Assembly: GCA_964510885.1 (NCBI GenBank)
Contig: CAZEDL010000003.1
Location: 31,686-95,685, forward strand
Direction: 5' to 3'
DNA: 64,000 nt
DNA from: an uncultured Gammaproteobacteria bacterium
Lineage (GTDB): Bacteria > Patescibacteriota > Patescibacteriia > Magasanikbacterales > GWA2-37-8
Part shown: positions 1 through 8,708 of the stretch, piece by piece
Position numbering within the stretch: position 1 is the stretch's first letter
Layout: each line of letters starts with the position of its first letter
Position numbers and translations under genes: made by a program
The notes under the pieces: model-generated
Told to the model about the DNA's origin: nothing
Seen by the model: the letters and a program-made list of their open reading frames with translations, nothing else
Databases searched by the model: none

Positions 1-1
1 C

Positions 2-292
2 TTGTCGTATTCAGGGCAGACGGCTCGGCTGATTAGTCAGGTTCGTCCGCGGCTTCCGATTGTGATTGGGGTTACCTCAGAGCGGGTGAGGCGGCAATTA
101 AATCTATCGTGGGGAGTTAAGCCTTTTTTACTTGGAGAGTGTTCAGATTTATCCCAATTTATTACCTTGGCTTCAGATTTTATAAAACAGAAATCCTGGG
201 TTCATCCGGGTGAAGTAGTAGTGATTGCAGCTAGCGACCCGCTTGGTCAAGAAGGGGTCGTTAATTTGGTGGAAGTGGTGACTATTTCATAA
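2..292 (+). CDS. pyk: Pyruvate kinase, C-terminal domain only (5' end lies outside the window)
   Basis: The ORF translation matches the PK C-terminal regulatory domain (...GVTSERVRRQLNLSWGVKPFL...GEVVVIAASDPLG...). The ORF runs into the window edge, and a hairpin terminator follows. Confidence 0.8.
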   Translation: MSYSGQTARLISQVRPRLPIVIGVTSERVRRQLNLSWGVKPFLLGECSDLSQFITLASDFIKQKSWVHPGEVVVIAASDPLGQEGVVNLVEVVTIS

Positions 293-306
293 TTATCAAG
301 GTGTAT

Positions 307-336
307 AAAAAAGCAGCGATTGGGCTGCTTTTTTAG
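307..336. terminator. Bidirectional intrinsic terminator between convergent pyk and glyA
   Basis: GC hairpin aagcagc...gctgctt flanked by an A-run upstream and a T-run downstream (aaaaaagcagcgattgggctgctttttt). Confidence 0.6.
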
Positions 337-350
337 TATCGGTTATTTTT

Positions 351-1625
351 TTAAGCTGGCAAAGGGAATTGCTGACACAGCTCTGTTACTTCATCGTGGA
401 TTTTTTTCAAGTCTGATTCAGACTGATAGTTCGAGATGGCGCGATCAATCCAGGCGGCAACTTGTTTCATTTCAGCTTCCTTCATGCCACGGGTGGTGAG
501 CGCTGGCGTGCCGAGGCGAATGCCAGAGGGATCGAACGGAGAGCGTGGATCAAAGGGGACGGTATTTTTATTTACGGTGATTCCGGCCTTGCCAAGCGCG
601 GCTTCGCCATCTTTGCCACTAACCCCTTTGCTGTTAAGGTTTATTAGTAAGAGGTGCGTTTCGGTGCCACCGGTAACAAGTTCAAAACCTTTGCTAAGAA
701 GCTCGTCAGCGAGAACGGCCGCATTTTTTATAATCTGTCTTGCATATTCTTTAAAAGCTGGTTCGGAAGCTTCTTTTAGGGCCACAGCGATGGCAGCAGT
801 TTGATGGTTGTGTGGGCCGCCCTGTAGACCTGGGATAAGAGCCCGATCGATAAGTGTCGGAATATTTTCATGGGTGCGGTCGGCTTTTTTGAGTGGAGTC
901 GATGGGTTGCCATTGCAGAGGATGATGGCGCCGCGCGGGCCGCGGAGGGTTTTGTGGGTGGTCGTGGTCACAACATCAGCAATGCCGACCGGATTTGGGT
1001 AGACGCCGCCAGCGATGAGGCCAGCTACATGGCTCATGTCGGCCACAAACCAGGCGCCGATACTGTCGGCAATTTCTTTGTATTTGGCCCATTCATAGGT
1101 GCGCGGATAGGCACTGCCACCGCCAATGATTAATTTTGGTTTATGTTCTTTGGCCAGGCGCCACATTTCGTCGATATCAATATAGCCATCGGCTCGGCAA
1201 TGGTACGAAATGCTTTTGTAGAACGTGCTTGAAAAATTTAGCTTGAGGCCATGGGTCATGTGCCCACCGTGGAATAGGTCAAGGCCCATGAGCATGTCAC
1301 CTGGGTCAAGTAGTGCATAGTAGGTGATTAGATTGGCGGGGCAGCCTGAATGTGGCTGGACATTAGCATGGGTGGCGCCAAACAGAGCTTTGGCCCGGTC
1401 GCGAGCTAGATTTTCGACGGCATCGACATTCTCACAGCCGCCATAATAGCGCATGCCAGGGTAGCCTTCGGAGTATTTATCGGTCAGACGCGAACCAAGA
1501 GCTTGAAGCACTGCGCCCGAGGTGTGGTTTTCGGAAGGGATCATTTCGAGGCCTTCGGATTGGCGATTGATTTCTGTCTCGATGAGATTATAAATATCTG
1601 GGTCGTAGGTTTTAATATCTTTCAT
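351..1625 (-). CDS. glyA: Serine hydroxymethyltransferase
   Basis: Full-length SHMT signature (MKDIKTYDPDIYNLIE...SENHTSGAVLQALGS...YYGGCE...) with the PLP-lysine region (TTTTHKTLRGPRG). Start is set at the ATG of MKDIK (cat at 1623-1625) rather than the longer ORF start. Confidence 0.95.
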   Translation of the reverse strand: MKDIKTYDPDIYNLIETEINRQSEGLEMIPSENHTSGAVLQALGSRLTDKYSEGYPGMRYYGGCENVDAVENLARDRAKALFGATHANVQPHSGCPANLITYYALLDPGDMLMGLDLFHGGHMTHGLKLNFSSTFYKSISYHCRADGYIDIDEMWRLAKEHKPKLIIGGGSAYPRTYEWAKYKEIADSIGAWFVADMSHVAGLIAGGVYPNPVGIADVVTTTTHKTLRGPRGAIILCNGNPSTPLKKADRTHENIPTLIDRALIPGLQGGPHNHQTAAIAVALKEASEPAFKEYARQIIKNAAVLADELLSKGFELVTGGTETHLLLINLNSKGVSGKDGEAALGKAGITVNKNTVPFDPRSPFDPSGIRLGTPALTTRGMKEAEMKQVAAWIDRAISNYQSESDLKKIHDEVTELCQQFPLPA

Positions 1626-1799
1626 AGTAAAAATAACAAAGCAGATGTTAACAGTGAGAGATCCTTGCTCCGCCACGCGGATCAGGATAGCAGCTGCGAC
1701 TGTTACTTAAATTCGAGTGATTCATAGATCATAGCCGGTGTGGATAGTTGTAGGTTTATACTAGTTTATGGTAGCATTGCGGCGTATTTTAGACAACCT

Positions 1800-2804
1800 A
1801 TGAATCGTGATTACTCGTTACTTGATGCTAATCTTGGCCGGGCACGGGAGGGTCTCCGAGTGCTTGATGAGACGGCCCGTTTTTTATGGTCTGACCGTGA
1901 ATTATTTAAGCAGATTAAAGACGTGCGGCATCAGCTAGTAGAGATTGAACAGGTGATTGGTGCGGCACATTTATTGTCTGGTCGCCATGGTGAAGATGTG
2001 GGTGGTCCGGATAATGAAATAGTGTTTACTATGTCAGCACCATCGCTCTGGAGTATTATTCAGGCGAATAGTAATCGGGTGACGGAAGCGATGCGAGTGT
2101 TAGAACAGGTGGGGCCGATTTATTTTCCAACCGTGGTAGAAAAAATAATTAGGTTGCGTTATGAAGTTTATGGTTTGCAAAAAATACTTAGTGAAAAAAC
2201 ACCGCACTATTGGCTCCGCTATTATTTTGAACAGGGTATTGTGTATCCAATTTCAGACAGCGTAACCGAGCTTGAGTGGCTGGTGCTTCATGGGGCGCGG
2301 GTTACTCAGCTGAGAGATAAACAATCGGATGGAGTTGCTCTGTTTGAAAAGGCTAAACAGTTGGTGGCGTTTATTGCAGATTTCGAGCGCAGGAAAAAAG
2401 AAAAAGTATTGCTATTTATAAATGATAATATAGCAGTGGCGGAATTGTTGCCCGTGGCAGGGGTTCATATTGGTCAGGCCGATAATGAAATTTCTACAGT
2501 CCGTCGACGCGTTGGAATGCTCAAATTAATTGGTCGATCAAATCAGTCGCTTGAGCAGATGCAAAAATCAGCAGTCGATGGTGCCGATTATGTTAGTATC
2601 GGGCCAGTGTTCGATACGCCGCTCAAGCCAGAGCGGGCTCCGGTGGGCCTTGAGATGGTGCGGGCTGCGGCGGCCACGGTGCAGGCTCCGTGGGTAGTAA
2701 TTGGTGGTATTGATCAAGCACGGGCTGACGAAGTCAGGCAAGCTGGTGCCAAGAATATGGCGGTTATTCGAGCAGCACGCGATTTTTTTCCGGCTCATTT
2801 TTGA
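1800..2804 (+). CDS. Thiamine-phosphate synthase (ThiE/TenI fold) with an uncharacterised ~160-aa N-terminal extension
   Basis: The C-terminal ~190 aa carry ThiE motifs (VYPISD..., VTQLRDK, LFINDNIAVA, GVHIGQAD, GADYVSIGPVFDTPLKP, VIGGI). The N-terminal part has no match I recognise. Start chosen at ATG 1800 (MNRDYS), though an upstream GTG at 1740 is possible. Confidence 0.7.
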   Translation: MNRDYSLLDANLGRAREGLRVLDETARFLWSDRELFKQIKDVRHQLVEIEQVIGAAHLLSGRHGEDVGGPDNEIVFTMSAPSLWSIIQANSNRVTEAMRVLEQVGPIYFPTVVEKIIRLRYEVYGLQKILSEKTPHYWLRYYFEQGIVYPISDSVTELEWLVLHGARVTQLRDKQSDGVALFEKAKQLVAFIADFERRKKEKVLLFINDNIAVAELLPVAGVHIGQADNEISTVRRRVGMLKLIGRSNQSLEQMQKSAVDGADYVSIGPVFDTPLKPERAPVGLEMVRAAAATVQAPWVVIGGIDQARADEVRQAGAKNMAVIRAARDFFPAHF

Positions 2805-2828
2805 TTAGTCTAATACGTTAGTACTCGT

Positions 2829-3728
2829 ATGTCGTGGATTTTTATCGCCATCTGCGGTCACTTTTTTTGGAGTCTCAGCAATGTTGGTGATAAGTATTTG
2901 CTGAATAACCGATTTACTAACCCCTACGTTTATTTGGGGTATTTTGTTTTATTTGGAACGCTTAGTATCGTAGCGGTTCCGTTCATAGATTTTTTTTGGC
3001 CAGCTCCATGGCTACTAATGCAGCTGATCTTGGCTGGAGTCATCTATTTTTTGGCTAATTTATTGTATTACCGGGCTATTCAAATTGAAGAAGTGAGCCG
3101 CATTAATATTTGGTGGTCCATGGTGCCGCTGTTTAGTTTGGGCTTAAGTTTTTTAATTACCGCTGATCGTTTGTCAGCTCTGCAATTGGTAGCCGTTCTG
3201 CTGTTGATAGCGGCTTCGATTGTCGGCAGCTTGCATGGAACGAGCCGAGTGTTTACTTTTTCAAAAGCATTACCGACGATGATGGTGTGCTGTTTTTTAT
3301 TGGCCGTATTTGGCATTATCTTTCACGAGGTGACGGCAGTGGTTCCGGTGGCTAGCGCTTTTATTATCGTAAATGTGGTAATGAGCCTGTGCTTAGTTAT
3401 TTGGTTTATAACTAGTCATTCGTTTCGCCAGGCATTTATCAGCGACAGCGCCCGTTTGCCCTGGAAAGTAATCGGCTTGGTATTTTTAATTGATGCGCTT
3501 GATCGCGCCGGAATATTTTTTAATTACTGGGCTCTGTCGCTTAATCAGTCATCTCTCGTCTTTGCTATGGAAGCCACGCAAGCGTTATTTGTATTTATTA
3601 TTGTAGCGTTGGTCGGGATTAAAAACCCTCGATTATTATCAGAACAATTCAATCGGCAGAACATTATTTTCAAAATTAGTGCCCTCGTATTAATGGTTAT
3701 CGGTATTATTATTCTGGCGGTGGGTTAG
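2829..3728 (+). CDS. EamA/DMT-superfamily membrane transporter (10 TM predicted)
   Basis: Highly hydrophobic 299-aa protein with two EamA-like halves. It is a paralogue of the frameshifted gene at 8709. Confidence 0.75.
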   Translation: MSWIFIAICGHFFWSLSNVGDKYLLNNRFTNPYVYLGYFVLFGTLSIVAVPFIDFFWPAPWLLMQLILAGVIYFLANLLYYRAIQIEEVSRINIWWSMVPLFSLGLSFLITADRLSALQLVAVLLLIAASIVGSLHGTSRVFTFSKALPTMMVCCFLLAVFGIIFHEVTAVVPVASAFIIVNVVMSLCLVIWFITSHSFRQAFISDSARLPWKVIGLVFLIDALDRAGIFFNYWALSLNQSSLVFAMEATQALFVFIIVALVGIKNPRLLSEQFNRQNIIFKISALVLMVIGIIILAVG

Positions 3729-3750
3729 CTTAATTTCAGTTGGAATTAAA

Positions 3751-3778
3751 ACTGGCGCCGATGGCGTCGGTTTTTTAA
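3751..3778. terminator. Bidirectional intrinsic terminator (convergent EamA / elp3)
   Basis: aactggcgcc-gat-ggcgtcggtt forms a ~10-bp stem followed by TTTTTT. The reverse complement also ends in a T-run. Confidence 0.6.
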
Positions 3779-5403
3779 ATTAATTTTTTTACCATGTAGG
3801 TCTTATCTAGCTCATATTCCCATTTGCGATAGTAGCCCCGCACTCCAACACCCGAGATAACGGCGAGTTCAGGTACTTTATTTTTTCGACAGATATCTTC
3901 GGCAGCGGCCACTAATTTCTGGCCGAGACCTTTGTGTTGACTGTGTTCTTCACTCCGTTCACCCAAGTGCAGAAGCTGTCCATACGTGTGTAGTTCGCGA
4001 ATATAGGCTGGGAAGCGAACTTGTTCTTTCGCCAATTCTTCGGCATCCGGGCCGACAATGCGCAGGCGGCAGAACGCGAATACAATCTGGCGATCTTTAT
4101 CTTCAAAACTTAAAAAATATTCTGTACCGCCGCGCGTGGCATATTCATCGATGAATAATATGGGCGTTAAATCGGGGATGGTGCCGAGATCAACATGGCC
4201 AACTTCGCGGCACCGCAAACAGCGGCAGCGTTGTCCGATTTTTTTCAGCCGGTTTTGTACTACTTGGCGCAGGTTAGTTACTTTATTACCTTCTTCAATA
4301 TATTGGCCCGGGATATCGCGGATCAGGCGCGAAATGCGCGCGTAATAGGGAATGGTGGGTTTGAATTTGACTAAGATGTCGATTAGATCTTCGACTTCGT
4401 AGGCTTTATATTTTCCGGCAACAAACCAATCATAGAGCTCAGAATTTTTTACTACCGTGCAGGGATAGATTTTAATCATGTCGGGGCGGTATCCTGGGTC
4501 AGAAAAAATCGTTTGCATCATTTCTAAATCTGCTGCGGGGGTTGCCCCTGGCAGCTGAGGCATCAAGTGCGCATCAACTTTGAAACCGTAATTGCGCAAT
4601 TGTTCCATGGCGCGTTTGGCTTCGGCGCTGCCATGGCCGCGCTTGGTGAGTTTTAAAATATCGTCGTCGGTGTGTTGGATGCCCAGCTCAATACGGGTGC
4701 ATCCCATTTCGCGCATGTGCCAAATGGTGTGATAGTTGATGCAGTCGGGCCGCGTTTCGAGGGTGAGACCGATAATCCGGTGGGCGGCTGTTTCGTTAAT
4801 TGTCTGTTGTTCAAACAGAGCGGCCCGAAGTTGGTCGAGAGGTGAGTTTTCAGTCAGGGTAATTTTGGGGCCGCTGAGATCGTTGCACGCTTCAAACGAT
4901 TTGAGAATAAACCAATACTGGTATTGTAAAGTATACGAATTCCAGGTGCCGCCCTTGATGATAAATTCAATTTTGTCAGTCGGGTGGCCATTGTTTTCGA
5001 GTGCCTCAATGCGGCGGGCCATTTGTTCGTAGGGGTCGAATTGCAAGAGGAGCGCGCGCATGGCAGCCGGCTCTTCGGAGAGGTAGCTTTTTGGCATGCG
5101 CTCATCAAGGGGGCAATAGACACATTGGCCAGGGCACGGGTAAGGCTTGATGAGTGAGGTGATAACTGCTACGCCCGATAGGCTGCGGACGGCGCGGCGC
5201 ATTAGGATTTTTTCAAGTGCTGGGTTTTTTTCAACCTTGTTTTCCGCAACTAACCTGTGATATGCTGACAATAATTCAGTTTTATTAGGGAGGCTGGCGC
5301 TAGTATTTTTGCCTAATAATTCGCGTTTAAGCGCATTAAAATCAGCTTCTGAGCGGGGAAGATTCTGAGCCAGGCTAAGGATAATTTGGTCGGCGAGAGA
5401 CAT
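3775..5403 (-). CDS. elp3: Elongator Elp3 homologue (radical-SAM + GNAT tRNA U34 carboxymethyl/acetyl-transferase family)
   Basis: Radical-SAM CxxxCxxC (PCPGQCVYCP), the Elp3 Zn-Cys cluster (QRCRCLRC), and a C-terminal GNAT Q/RxxGxG motif (HKGLGQKL). Length ~540 aa. Start chosen at ATG 5403 (MSLADQI); the longer ORF begins at GTG 5421. Confidence 0.9.
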   Translation of the reverse strand: MSLADQIILSLAQNLPRSEADFNALKRELLGKNTSASLPNKTELLSAYHRLVAENKVEKNPALEKILMRRAVRSLSGVAVITSLIKPYPCPGQCVYCPLDERMPKSYLSEEPAAMRALLLQFDPYEQMARRIEALENNGHPTDKIEFIIKGGTWNSYTLQYQYWFILKSFEACNDLSGPKITLTENSPLDQLRAALFEQQTINETAAHRIIGLTLETRPDCINYHTIWHMREMGCTRIELGIQHTDDDILKLTKRGHGSAEAKRAMEQLRNYGFKVDAHLMPQLPGATPAADLEMMQTIFSDPGYRPDMIKIYPCTVVKNSELYDWFVAGKYKAYEVEDLIDILVKFKPTIPYYARISRLIRDIPGQYIEEGNKVTNLRQVVQNRLKKIGQRCRCLRCREVGHVDLGTIPDLTPILFIDEYATRGGTEYFLSFEDKDRQIVFAFCRLRIVGPDAEELAKEQVRFPAYIRELHTYGQLLHLGERSEEHSQHKGLGQKLVAAAEDICRKNKVPELAVISGVGVRGYYRKWEYELDKTYMVKKLI

Positions 5404-5429
5404 ATTTTTCACATTTTTCACATAACACG

Positions 5430-5455
5430 TAGCAGATTCAATTGTTACGTGTTAC
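5430..5455. promoter_or_regulatory. Repeat-containing divergent promoter region between elp3 and the Trm9-like gene
   Basis: AACACGT and three tandem copies of its reverse complement (GTTACGT GTTACGT GTTACGT) sit directly at the methyltransferase start. TTTTTCACA occurs twice at the elp3 start. Confidence 0.35.
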
Positions 5456-6166
5456 GTGTTACGTGCTATGGATTTGATTGCTAAAACTCGTGATGATTAT
5501 AATCGGATTGCACCCTATTTTTCGGGTACCCGGTATGCATTATGGCCAGAATTAAAGCAGTGTAAACAATATCTTACAAATGGTCAACGTATCCTTGATT
5601 GGGGCTGTGGTAATGGGCGGCTAACGTCGTTGTTCGAATCCCACCGTGAGATTGAATATTATGGCGTAGATCAGAGCGAAGAATTGCTCAAAATAGCAGC
5701 TCGGGAACATCCATATCAGGCCTCGTTTGGTACCGTGTCATTTATTTCAACGGCTGATGCGGCCAGCAATTTTGCGCCAGACTTTTTTGACCTAATTTTT
5801 TTAATCGCCTCGTTCCATCATTTACCTGATGAAGCGAGCCGGTTGTCGGTCTTAAAAAAAATGTATACGGAACTTAAAACAGGCGGTCGGATTATTATGA
5901 CGGTGTGGAATTTGGATAGTGATTGGGCAGATAATAAAAAGAAACAAGATTGGAAACAGATGGGTGAGCGGGATTTTTTGATTCCGTGGAAGAATCCGAA
6001 CGGCGAAGTACTGTGTGATCGATATTACCATTCGTTTGAAAAACAAGAGCTCCGGGCGCTGATTGAACAAGCTGGATTTGTGATTACAACTATGGAGTAT
6101 GGCGACGGTGAATGGACTGATAGTAAAGAAGGCCGGAATTTAATGTGTGTGGCTCAAAAGATATGA
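5456..6166 (+). CDS. Trm9-like class I SAM methyltransferase (tRNA mcm5U34 methyltransferase family)
   Basis: Collinear with yeast Trm9/ALKBH8 MT as I remember it: DYNRIAPYFSGTRYALWP ~ VYNEIAPHFSQTRYKPWP, DWGCGNGR ~ DVGCGNGK, FHHLPDEASRLSVLKKMYTELKTGGRIIMTVWN ~ VHHWSTRERRVEVIRHVLSKLRQGGQALIYCWA, and DFLIPW / RYYHSFEKQELRALIEQAG ~ RYYHLYREGELAEDCRQAG. Start is GTG 5456 or ATG 5468. Confidence 0.8.
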   Translation: MLRAMDLIAKTRDDYNRIAPYFSGTRYALWPELKQCKQYLTNGQRILDWGCGNGRLTSLFESHREIEYYGVDQSEELLKIAAREHPYQASFGTVSFISTADAASNFAPDFFDLIFLIASFHHLPDEASRLSVLKKMYTELKTGGRIIMTVWNLDSDWADNKKKQDWKQMGERDFLIPWKNPNGEVLCDRYYHSFEKQELRALIEQAGFVITTMEYGDGEWTDSKEGRNLMCVAQKI

Positions 6167-7380
6167 GAATTTTGCAAGCTAATAAATTTTTTTATCGCCG
6201 CGGTGGAGCAGAGGTGGTATTTTTTGATACGATTAATGGCCTCAGGAAGCGAGGCCATGACGTAGCCGAATTTTCCATGGAGTCGGCGCAAAATGTGCCG
6301 AGTGATTATGCACGGTATTTTGCCGAGCCCGTAGCGGAACTCTTGGCCGATAAGGATTGGGGGAGCGCGCTCAAGATTTTTAAGCGCTTATTTTATTCCA
6401 AGGACGTAGAACAGAAATTGAAGGCGTTGATTTTGGCCACGGAGCCAGAAGTGGCGCATCTGCATAATATTTATCATCATTTGTCAGCGAGTACCTTTTT
6501 GACCCTGCGCAAGCAGAAGGTGCCGATGGTAATGACTGTGCACGATGTGTTTCCGCTCTGCCCCAACCATAGTTTTTTATATCAGGGTCAACTGCGCGAA
6601 GATTTATTTAAGAAAAAATTATACAATTGCACGCGCTATCGTTGTATTGATGGTCGCTTCGGCCCAAGTCTAGCCGGGACACTCGAAGCTTATTACTATC
6701 GGTATCGCGGCGTGTGGGAGGCGATTAGTTTGTTTATCTGCCCTAGTCAATTTATGGCCGATAAACTGGTGGAGTATGGGTTCCCGGGTGCGAAAATGCG
6801 AGTGCTGCCCAATCCATTCCCGCTGGTAACAAATCCTCCAGTACTTGGCAGCTCAGTGGTATACCTCGGCCGCACGTATTATGAAAAAGGGGTTCGCGTA
6901 TTTATGGAAGCAGTGCGTGAGCTACGGGATTTTCCAGTGATCGTAGCTGGCAGTGGGCCGGAAGATAAATGGATTGAGCATTATATTCGCCAATATGGGC
7001 TAAATCAGGTGGAGCGACAACAGTGGGTGGAGGGCGAAGCTTGGCAGCAGGTGATGGCGCGGGCGCGGGTGGTGGTGTTGCCATCGATCGTATATGAAAA
7101 TTGTTCGCTGACGGTTCTTGAGGCGCTGAGTTACGGGCGGATTGTGGTAGGGGTGAAACTCGGGGGCACGCCGGAACTTATTATCAATGGGAAAACCGGT
7201 TGGTTGGCTGAAGCGGCTAATCCATCTGATTTGGCACGGGTGATTAAGCAGGCGATGAGTATGGCTCCGGCGGAGGCGGAACGAATGACGCAGGCGGGGC
7301 GGGAGCTGGTGAAGGCTAATCATGATTTAGATATTTATTTGGAGAAGTTAGAGGGGATTTATCGCGAAGTAATTATATAG
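6163..7380 (+). CDS. GT4-family glycosyltransferase
   Basis: GT-B N-terminal domain (MRILQANKFFYRRGGAE...) and C-terminal Glycos_transf_1 (EG...YENCSLTVLEALSYGRIVVG). The ATG overlaps the upstream stop as ATGA (6163-6166). Confidence 0.85.
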   Translation: MRILQANKFFYRRGGAEVVFFDTINGLRKRGHDVAEFSMESAQNVPSDYARYFAEPVAELLADKDWGSALKIFKRLFYSKDVEQKLKALILATEPEVAHLHNIYHHLSASTFLTLRKQKVPMVMTVHDVFPLCPNHSFLYQGQLREDLFKKKLYNCTRYRCIDGRFGPSLAGTLEAYYYRYRGVWEAISLFICPSQFMADKLVEYGFPGAKMRVLPNPFPLVTNPPVLGSSVVYLGRTYYEKGVRVFMEAVRELRDFPVIVAGSGPEDKWIEHYIRQYGLNQVERQQWVEGEAWQQVMARARVVVLPSIVYENCSLTVLEALSYGRIVVGVKLGGTPELIINGKTGWLAEAANPSDLARVIKQAMSMAPAEAERMTQAGRELVKANHDLDIYLEKLEGIYREVII

Positions 7381-7426
7381 TTTAAATAAAAAACTATCCG
7401 CCCAGGGCGGATAGTTTTGGAAGTAG

Positions 7427-8596
7427 TTAGGCTTTGCTGGTGTGAAGTTCGGGGACGGGGCTGGTGGGTTTAGCAACCAATTTAGTGTACTCCGCTATGA
7501 TGTTCTCGCTAATGGTGTCCCAGTGGTATTCTTTGGTGACAAGCTGCTGATTAGCCTCTCCAGAGGTTTTGAGCAGATCTTGATTAGAGATCAGGCGGAC
7601 AATTTTTTCAGCTAGTGAGGCCGCGTCGGCGCTGCGGAACAGGAATTGTTTGTCGCGCACGATTTCTTGGTGTTCAGGAATATCAGAGACCAGCACTGGG
7701 CGGGCGTAGGACATGGCCTGAAGCACGGTCAGTGGCAACCCTTCGTTTTCAGAGGGGTGCACCAAACAAGCGGTGTTGGCATACAGCTGGTGCAATTCAA
7801 TACCAGACAACCAGCCGGTCAACACGATGTCTTTATGATCAGCGGCGGTCCCTTTGAGCTCGGCCACATAATCGTCGGTAAAGGCGCTGTCGCCTACGAT
7901 CACGAGTTTGTAATCGGCGGCGATGTCTGGGAAATTTTGCTTGAAGCGGCGCCACGCATCGATGAGGTAGTGGGCGCCTTTGTGTTTAACTAGGCGCGAT
8001 ACCATGAGCAGGTATTTATTCGGTTTGATACCCCATTGATTAAGGGTGTCGGTTCCCATTTTTTCCGGCATCCCGACCCCATTTGGAATATAGGCTGTGT
8101 CGGCGCGGTATTCGTTGAAACAATAATTCTGAATCGTTTTGGAGACCGAAATAGTTTGGTGCGGAAATAGACAAGCCGCCCGTTCACCGATCTTCAATAA
8201 GAAGCGGGCGAGAGCCCCCCATTTCTGGTGGTAGCGGTCGATACAGTGGAACGTCACGACGACTTTAACTTTGGGCGCGAATAAACGCGGAATAAAACTT
8301 AACAAGGCCGGCCCAACGCCATGATAATGAATAATATCTGGCTGCTGGAACAAAGCATGAATGGTAGCAGTAAGCGTGTGCACGATAGCATCAAGATGTT
8401 TGCTGTGCAGTGTTGGAGCGCGAAGCAGCTTAACCCCTTGGTAGGTAGCAAGTGGTAACGGTGTATACCAGTTACGCACGTATGCCGAAACATCGTGGCC
8501 TTCGGCCGCCAAGCGGATACTAAGCTCTTCTACATGGCGTTCAATACCGCCGTAGATGGTAGGGATCCCTTTTTGTCCGATCATGACTATTCGCAT
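7427..8596 (-). CDS. GT4-family glycosyltransferase
   Basis: MRIVMIGQKGIPTIYGGIERHVEEL... with C-terminal ENEGLPLTVLQAMSYARPVLVSDI. Start at the ATG of MRIVM (cat 8594-8596). Confidence 0.85.
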   Translation of the reverse strand: MRIVMIGQKGIPTIYGGIERHVEELSIRLAAEGHDVSAYVRNWYTPLPLATYQGVKLLRAPTLHSKHLDAIVHTLTATIHALFQQPDIIHYHGVGPALLSFIPRLFAPKVKVVVTFHCIDRYHQKWGALARFLLKIGERAACLFPHQTISVSKTIQNYCFNEYRADTAYIPNGVGMPEKMGTDTLNQWGIKPNKYLLMVSRLVKHKGAHYLIDAWRRFKQNFPDIAADYKLVIVGDSAFTDDYVAELKGTAADHKDIVLTGWLSGIELHQLYANTACLVHPSENEGLPLTVLQAMSYARPVLVSDIPEHQEIVRDKQFLFRSADAASLAEKIVRLISNQDLLKTSGEANQQLVTKEYHWDTISENIIAEYTKLVAKPTSPVPELHTSKA

Positions 8597-8708
8597 AATT
8601 TTGGCTGGATCTACATAATAAACATCAAACAATAGCACATTTTAAGGATTTTGTCAAGAGGCGGTGCCCATGGTAAAATAGGCTTGTTTGGCTTAAATCA
8701 GCTTAAAT

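Noticed and set aside
436-1133. Plus-strand ORFs antisense to glyA
   Set aside because: They are embedded in a highly conserved SHMT coding sequence on the opposite strand and have no recognisable domains.
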